Source: Patescibacteria group bacterium
Lineage (GTDB): Bacteria; Patescibacteriota; Microgenomatia; Levybacterales; UBA12049
Length of the DNA stretch: 64,000 nt
Assembly: GCA_041743715.1 (NCBI GenBank)
Contig: JBGTMH010000004.1
Span: 1,097 to 65,096, forward strand
Direction: 5' to 3'
In this document: positions 54,453 through 61,000 of the stretch, piece after piece
Numbering within the stretch: position 1 is the first letter of the stretch
Layout of the letters: every line of letters starts with the position of its first letter
Program-made: the position numbers and the translations under genes
Notes under the pieces: generated by a model
What the model was told of the DNA's origin: nothing
The model's database searches: none
Seen by the model: the letters and a program-made list of their open reading frames with translations, nothing else

Positions 54453-56060
54453 ATGGCACTTGTACTATTCATCATTACGCTGGTTTTTATCTGTATTGCT
54501 TTTTTCCCAATTCAACCTCTTGGAACATTTCAAAATCCGTTTGTTCTCTATCTTATTCATGAGGGAGAGTTTTTTTACACGTACTGGAAAGCTTCTGTGT
54601 TTCTTTTTCTGGTATTTGTCGTATTACTCAGTCGTGCGCCACATCACCGAAAGCACCCTGTCAAAAGAAGATTTATTTTCTCATTCATCCATAGTCTGCA
54701 GGTTACTGTCATGTGCTTCATGTTTGCGTTTGTTACTTTATTTTTTATTGCCTTTTTGCATCTCAATAGCGTTGCTCTTGTAATGAATAGCAATCCTCAA
54801 ATTCTTGGTATCACAAGGGATACCAATGAAATAATAAGAAAACTCAAAACAGCTAATCGTACACCAGAAATTATAATAACCGAAACAGATAAAGAAGTAT
54901 TTGCGATTGCGGCTGCTGCAGCTGGAAAAGAAACTTTCTATGGTCGGTATATCTTGTCCGCAATTCCAAAGTTTTTTGTATGGCCAGTTCAACATCAAAA
55001 AGAGAGTATATTCCTCGTTAATAACACAGTCGTCATTACAGCAGTTCTGCCAGTTGATGTGCATAGAATAAACCCGATCATAGCGAATTTGTTAATCAAA
55101 CACTATTTTTGGGGGAGACATATTAAATCGTTTCCTCAGGTATCACTTATGGATAAAGATGAATATTCCGTGTACCGAGCGGATGATGCAAAGAAAAAAG
55201 TAGCAAAAATTGATGAAACGATACAGCAGGTTTTGGGTGCAGTCAGTAATTCCAATACAGCAATAGAAAATAACAAAAATACAATAACCCAGATACAGAA
55301 CTTTTTAAATAACGCGACAGAACTCAGAGACAGTGAGTATAAGCAATGTCTCGCCGCGCGCTCTGCGCAGAGAGACTGTAACGATATTTTGAATCAATCG
55401 AATAAAGCGGTAAAGCAGGGGAAGCTAGATATAAGCGAGTCGAATCTGCAGATACAATCTCTCCAAAAGCAACGTGCAATATATCAAGATTCCGAAAACT
55501 TTTTCAAAACACAAAAAGAACGGCTGCAAACGGTTGGTGAAAATATACCTCTTGAGTCCGGCAACTTTGAACCACCAGATACTATTAAGATTGCATATGA
55601 TACGAAGAACCCAAATCCAGTCGCTGATTATTTTGCGATAGTAATCCATGAATATCTTCATTACGCAAGTTACATATCAGAAGAACAAAAACTCACTGAT
55701 TTGTTTTTTGAAGAAGGGCTCACTGAATATTTTACCCGTCGTGTCACAAATAAGTCTTTCGATACCGAGATAAATATCAGCTATCCAGCACATGCAAAAA
55801 TCATCAGCGAAATGACAAAAATGATCACTGAAAGCGAGCTTGCAGAAATCTATTTTACGAAAGATCAAGAAGCGCTGGAAAAAGCACTCGATCGTGTGTA
55901 TGGTGATGGGTTCTACAAAAAAAATCAGATAGTGTTTGAATCCTTACAGTATACAACAGACCGAAAAGAAGTCATAAAACATGCAAACAGTATAATGTCT
56001 CAAATAGGAGGTACGCCTTTGATGGAAGGAGAGTTGGTAAGTCCGAGGAATAGTTTATAG
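54453..56060 (+). CDS. Membrane-anchored coiled-coil protein with a C-terminal HExxH-containing domain, unknown function
   Basis: N-terminal TM helices, a Q/N-rich coiled-coil centre, and VIHEYLHYAS...EEGLTEYF near the C-terminus. Confidence 0.5.
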   Translation: MALVLFIITLVFICIAFFPIQPLGTFQNPFVLYLIHEGEFFYTYWKASVFLFLVFVVLLSRAPHHRKHPVKRRFIFSFIHSLQVTVMCFMFAFVTLFFIAFLHLNSVALVMNSNPQILGITRDTNEIIRKLKTANRTPEIIITETDKEVFAIAAAAAGKETFYGRYILSAIPKFFVWPVQHQKESIFLVNNTVVITAVLPVDVHRINPIIANLLIKHYFWGRHIKSFPQVSLMDKDEYSVYRADDAKKKVAKIDETIQQVLGAVSNSNTAIENNKNTITQIQNFLNNATELRDSEYKQCLAARSAQRDCNDILNQSNKAVKQGKLDISESNLQIQSLQKQRAIYQDSENFFKTQKERLQTVGENIPLESGNFEPPDTIKIAYDTKNPNPVADYFAIVIHEYLHYASYISEEQKLTDLFFEEGLTEYFTRRVTNKSFDTEINISYPAHAKIISEMTKMITESELAEIYFTKDQEALEKALDRVYGDGFYKKNQIVFESLQYTTDRKEVIKHANSIMSQIGGTPLMEGELVSPRNSL

Positions 56061-56096
56061 GAATGGTTTCATTGCTCAATTGTTGTATTGTTAATG

Positions 56097-56366
56097 CTAA
56101 CTATACAATTGATCGTGTGTTCCGAGAAGTATAAAATACGCAATTGTATCATCGTCTACTTTTATTTCCTCGTAGATTGCCCGGTAATCGTTGGTGATAT
56201 TTATACTTCGATATCCCCGGTATTCTCGCTTTAGGGTATGGTTATTGAGGACTGCGTCTTGGTGATTTTTTTCAAAGATCTTGATTTTCTCAAAAAAACT
56301 ATTGCGGATTTTTACATCGAGGTTTTTTACCTTTTTTAACAAGGCAGGATCGTATTGTACAATCAT
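56097..56366 (-). CDS. relE: Type II toxin, RelE/ParE superfamily
   Basis: 89 aa; HTLKREYRGYRSINITNDYRAIY. 4-bp overlap with the upstream antitoxin gene. Confidence 0.75.
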   Translation of the reverse strand: MIVQYDPALLKKVKNLDVKIRNSFFEKIKIFEKNHQDAVLNNHTLKREYRGYRSINITNDYRAIYEEIKVDDDTIAYFILLGTHDQLYS

Positions 56367-56695
56367 ATTCCCTGTTCGTTAAGCCATTGTTGCATAGTGT
56401 CAATATGCCGGTACTTTATTGGGTCTTTTTTAATTAATTCCTTATCAGAGGTAAAAAGGGGTGACCCTTTTCCTGCTTTTCTATTTTTTTCTGCTTGTTT
56501 GAAGACAGCACGAGTGCGGGCATTGGGGACTTCGTCTAACTCTTTTGCGCTGAAGTTAATTGTTTTCGTTTTAATAAATTGTTTTAAATACGCATTGAGG
56601 ATAGAACTCAGACTAAGACCTAATTCATCAGCCACTTTCTTCGCCCGCGCTTTTGTCTCTGGGTTTGTTTTTATATTGATAACCGCTGTGTTCAT
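56363..56695 (-). CDS. relB: Type II antitoxin, RelB/DinJ family
   Basis: MNTAVINIKTNPETKARAKKVADELGLSLSSILNAYLKQFI (ribbon-helix-helix DinJ-type N-terminus). Confidence 0.8.
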   Translation of the reverse strand: MNTAVINIKTNPETKARAKKVADELGLSLSSILNAYLKQFIKTKTINFSAKELDEVPNARTRAVFKQAEKNRKAGKGSPLFTSDKELIKKDPIKYRHIDTMQQWLNEQGI

Positions 56696-56703
56696 ATAAC
56701 GAA

Positions 56704-56732
56704 AGTATATACATTGTATGTATCTCTGTCAA
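56704..56732 (-). promoter_or_regulatory. TTGACA-17-TATACT promoter for relBE, with ATACAtTGTAT palindrome in the spacer
   Basis: The minus strand reads ttgaca-gagatacatacaatgta-tatact, then 8 nt, then ATG (56695). Confidence 0.5.
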
Positions 56733-56779
56733 TGATTGATGTTGCGAGCTATAAGGAGTAAGAGTTTTCGTTCGCTTTT

Positions 56780-57496
56780 TTAAGGAGTAAGATGCCCTTC
56801 ACAGGTGTCTCCGTTGTTATCGCTGTTGGTGCCATCGGGGCAGGTAGTGTTTGACCAAATGATTCCGGTTCTTGTTGCAGTATCCATGTTTGTTGCACCT
56901 ATTAAACCGGAATCAGTAAAATTAACATCTGTTAAATTGGCATCAGTAAAGTTTGCATTAGAGAGATCCGCGCCGGTGGAAAGATCAGCATTTGTGAGTT
57001 TTGCGCGAGTATAATTAGTACTATGAGCGTTAACACCTCTCAAATTAGCATTAGTTAAATCTGCATCAGTGAAATTTGATTCTCCTACCCCAATACCTCC
57101 ACTAAGTACGGCATTTACGAAAGAGCTACCACTAAAATTTTCGTTAGGCAAGAAGGAACCACTTAAGATTGCACGATCGAGATTGACGTTAATTAAGTTT
57201 TGTTGATTGATGCGAATGAGTATATCTCTGCGGATACATTCTACACAGACAAAGTCAGAATTTCCGCCAGAGCTTGCAGTTTTTGGCCAATCAAGTGCTG
57301 TCTCATTTGCATTACAATTCACATTTTCGCCGACAATGCGGAGATTTGCTGCGTTGGGGAGGAGAGTGTTTTTGACGCATCCGTGGATGAGGTTTGTGTC
57401 TCCGCTTTGGGCGAGGGCTAGGGTGGTGCCGAGGGAGATGGCTGATCCGGCTAGGAAGGCGAGGACTATGAGCAGGAAGTTTTTATAGTTCTTCAT
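56780..57496 (-). CDS. Secreted pentapeptide-repeat protein
   Basis: Signal peptide, then A(D/N)L(S/T)x runs: ANLRGVNAHSTNYTRAKLTNADLSTGADLSNANFTDANLTDVNFTD. Confidence 0.8.
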   Translation of the reverse strand: MKNYKNFLLIVLAFLAGSAISLGTTLALAQSGDTNLIHGCVKNTLLPNAANLRIVGENVNCNANETALDWPKTASSGGNSDFVCVECIRRDILIRINQQNLINVNLDRAILSGSFLPNENFSGSSFVNAVLSGGIGVGESNFTDADLTNANLRGVNAHSTNYTRAKLTNADLSTGADLSNANFTDANLTDVNFTDSGLIGATNMDTATRTGIIWSNTTCPDGTNSDNNGDTCEGHLTP

Positions 57497-57544
57497 TCTT
57501 AGAAGAATATAGAGTTTTTATTGCTGGATGTCAATGAGAAAATT

Positions 57545-57667
57545 AGTAGCCGTTCAGGAGTTGTCAAAGAGTTTTTTCCCTGAGCGAAGCGGTGTGGAGT
57601 CGAAGGGTTCTATTATTGCTTCGACTACGCTCAGCAAAGAATTATTTTGTCAAATCCTGAACGAATA
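57545..57667 (-). repeat. ~122-bp MITE-like palindromic element, copy B (inverted relative to copy A)
   Basis: The reverse complement aligns end to end with 49412-49533, with about 15 differences by hand alignment. Confidence 0.8.
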
Positions 57668-57685
57668 GGAAAATTCGAAATGGTA

Positions 57686-57793
57686 TTAACGTTTTGATTT
57701 TTTGGAAGCAAAATATAAGAAGGAGAAAGCGACAGCGATTAGAGCGCCAAAAATATAGAATAACATTAATACAACATTTGGATCATTACTCAT
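57686..57793 (-). CDS. 35-aa single-TM peptide
   Basis: MSNDPNVVLMLFYIFGALIAVAFSFLYFASKKSKR*. ATGA overlap with the upstream 73-aa gene. Below the ORF-track size cutoff. Confidence 0.35.
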   Translation of the reverse strand: MSNDPNVVLMLFYIFGALIAVAFSFLYFASKKSKR

Positions 57794-58011
57794 GTTTTTT
57801 CTTTCCTAGCAAACAAAATACTCATTATCCAAAAAGTACCGGTTGCTAACCCACCTGATAGTACAACAACCCAATCAATATTGTCAACCGCAAGGAAAGG
57901 GGAAACAACGATACTTGCAAAAAATACCTGCGCTATATCTCGGGATATTTCAGATATGACAGTGAATTGTGAAACAGTCAATAGAAATGGATTGTTTTTC
58001 TTTTTTCTCAT
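57790..58011 (-). CDS. 73-aa two-TM membrane protein
   Basis: Starts 9 nt after the stop of the giant surface-protein gene; two hydrophobic helices. Confidence 0.5.
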   Translation of the reverse strand: MRKKKNNPFLLTVSQFTVISEISRDIAQVFFASIVVSPFLAVDNIDWVVVLSGGLATGTFWIMSILFARKEKT

Positions 58012-58020
58012 GGCCTCTTA

Positions 58021-61000
58021 TTAATTTGTATTGAGGGCTGTTTCTTTTGGTTCTTCGGGTGTCGTTTGACTGATTTGGATGATCATTTCAGTTTCTGAAA
58101 AGGCTATACCGATCGGGATGGTCTTCAGCGCGTTTGGTGGGACGATTGCTGTTATCGATGCGTTCGTTCCTAAGTAATACTTTTTACCGGCTTGTAAATC
58201 TTTAAAGCCTTTTGCTTTGCCGCCGATAATGATAAGAATTTCTTCACCTTCTTTTGCGTCATGCGCTGCTATGCCGATTACATCTGAGCGGTCGATACTG
58301 ACTGCATCGGCTTTCTTCACAATTCCGGATTCTGAAATATAGAGTGCATCTCTTGCTTTGAGATCTGCGCCGGCTGTTGCGGTGATAGTGATTCCTCCCT
58401 CAATTTGTATATTGCCGCCGACTTTGACTTTGCCTTTGACATCTAAGTTCTTGGCAATCTTCACATCACCCTTTGTCTGGAGTGTACCGTTTCGGTCGAT
58501 GGTTACAGCACCGTCAAAGAGATCAATCAGATTGGCAAGGGCAGATTTCTGTAAGTAGAGGATACCATCAGTTGGTTCCTGGCCGTTTTCGACTGGTGTA
58601 CCGGAGACACTGATTGCGTCTTCTGTAATAGAAAGCTTACCTGCGACATTGATTCTTTCATCAACTGTCAGGACACCAGAGATTGCTGTTTCTTCAAGCG
58701 TTGTTTTACCAGTTACCATGACATCACCGGCAATTGTTGTTTCTCCGAGATATGATTTGCCAAATGATTGGAACGTGTCTTCGACGGTTAATTTATACGC
58801 AGTGAATTCTCCTGGAAGCGTTGCGGTGGAGGCAATGCTTGTCGTGTTCGGTGTTGCGGAATCACTGGCGATTAGCGTATCAGGTGATGTGAGATTTTCA
58901 GATGATGGTGTCACTGTCTCTGCTACAGGTGTTCCTGACGGTGTCGCGGTCGGTGTCACACTGCCACTGATTCGGGCCAGGAGATCATCAATTTTCTTAT
59001 TTAATACCTCGACATCCGCGGAAGCTGATGAGTTCTTGAGTTCATTAATCGTCTTGTTTAAGTTCGCGATTTCAGCAGATACTGAAGCTTGTTGGGTTTC
59101 AAGACCGGCAACTCTTGTGTCGATTGCATCGGCTCTGGCTGTTACATTGTAGATGTCTGTTTGGAGACTACTGATAGCGTTTCTGTCAGTTGTCAAACTG
59201 TCACTAATCGCAATCAATGCATCATTCAGCGTACCGTTGATTTCTTTCGTGCCGATTTGTAGGGTCGAAGGCAAGGTGATTTTGTCGGTACTGACGTTCT
59301 GAACAATTGACGCGTCTGACAGACCGTTTACTAAATTCGCTAAGACATTGGTTGGATCAGCGTAGGTGATATTAACAAATACGGTGATCTTACCAGTACA
59401 ATTGTCCGCACAAGTGAAGTCTTCAAGCGCTTTACCCAAAACCTGTCCTGGCTTCGTGGCTTTCATCGCGACTCCAATTGTTGAGGAAGAGGTCAGATAA
59501 TCACCTTTGTGGATAGATCCACCCTCCATTGAGACTTTCACTGGTACCCGTCCAGCGAGTGCGACTGGAATTGCTTTGCCACCATTGATGGTATCACTTA
59601 TCTGAGAAAGTCTAAATCCTGGCTTTTCTGAATAAATACCCAGAATAGTATTGTCATAGGCAGTTGTGGATTTCTGGACATGACCATCTGTTGTTGCGTC
59701 AACCGAGACAACATCGCCACTTTCTATACTTTCGTCGCGGGTCGCGTAATCTTCAGCCAAGTCATAATTCCCGCCAGATGTCGTAAGCGTTCCAGCGAGA
59801 GATGCGTTACCAGTGCTGTCGATAGAGAAGAGATCGGTGTTGGCCGCATTCTTAAAGATAAATTTATTTGCATTTGTTCCAGTCGTGTCGGTTGCGAGTT
59901 GTTCAATGATATTGCCATTCTCAGCCCGTATCGTTCCCGCATCTGTCTCAAAGGTATTTGCTTTGACTGTACTTGAGGTAGTGAGCTTACCAGATGCATC
60001 GACATTGAGTTGTCCACTTATGCCAAAGCTAGCTGTCTCAGCTGAGAGGGAAGCGGTAGTCTCTGCTTCAACAGTGGCAACTCGATCGGTGAGTGCGAGT
60101 AATTGTGTTTGGATATCATCGAATTGAGCGGAACTACTGCTCGAGTTTTCAAGATTGTTAAGTCTATCGCCGAGATTTTGCCCATCAAGTATGAGGTCTT
60201 TGACATCAATACCACCGGCTCGCAGATTGCCAATAACTGCATCTTCGAAGATTCCTTTTCGGGTGATATTGTTGCCGTCCTGATCTTGAAGTGTATACGC
60301 TGGAGATTGACCAAGAATAGTTATATCACCAGTATTTGTTATTTGGATGGGCGATTCAACAAGTGAGGAGTCATAAAAGACTGATATTTTCTTATGTTTA
60401 ATACCATTAATTGTTTCAGTTTCAGTAGACCAATCAACGATTTCACCGGCACGTCCGAAGACATAACTGATGGGATAAATGCCAGGGTCTTTCATAGCAT
60501 GACCTTGAATGTCTGATGATATGAGAGGATCACCAGGTTGAATATTTTTACCGTTATCAATGACCCAAACATCACCGTTTCCAACGGCCATTACTTGATG
60601 AGGGTTTGTAGGTCCGAAGGGTTGAGTCGGTTCAAGCAAACTAAGATATGAACCAAGAATACTGGGATCGTTGGCTTGGGTTGTTTTCTTAATACCATAG
60701 ATTAGCTCACCGCCTGGTCTGTCATAAAGCGTTCTATTATCGCCTGTCATGGTAACAAGCATGCCACGTTCTATATTTTCATCTGTCCTAGCATAATGAG
60801 AGCCGGTAAAGGCATTATAAGAGACAGTAGTGCCTGAGACAGAAATTGTTCCTTCGACAGTACCAGCTTGTGTTAAGTTGACTATCGCACCATCACTAGT
60901 TGTACGATTAAATTCAGCAACGACAGCACCTGATGCTTCAGCATCAAATGCAAAGCCAGGTGTAGCCGTGCCAACTCCTACTCTCGCATTTGTTGTATCT

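Noticed and set aside
54373-54783. A 136-aa ORF overlapping the start of the 540-aa gene in another frame.
   Set aside because: The longer frame continues for 1.6 kb with coherent TM, coiled-coil and HExxH architecture. The short frame is Leu/Ser/Phe-rich noise.
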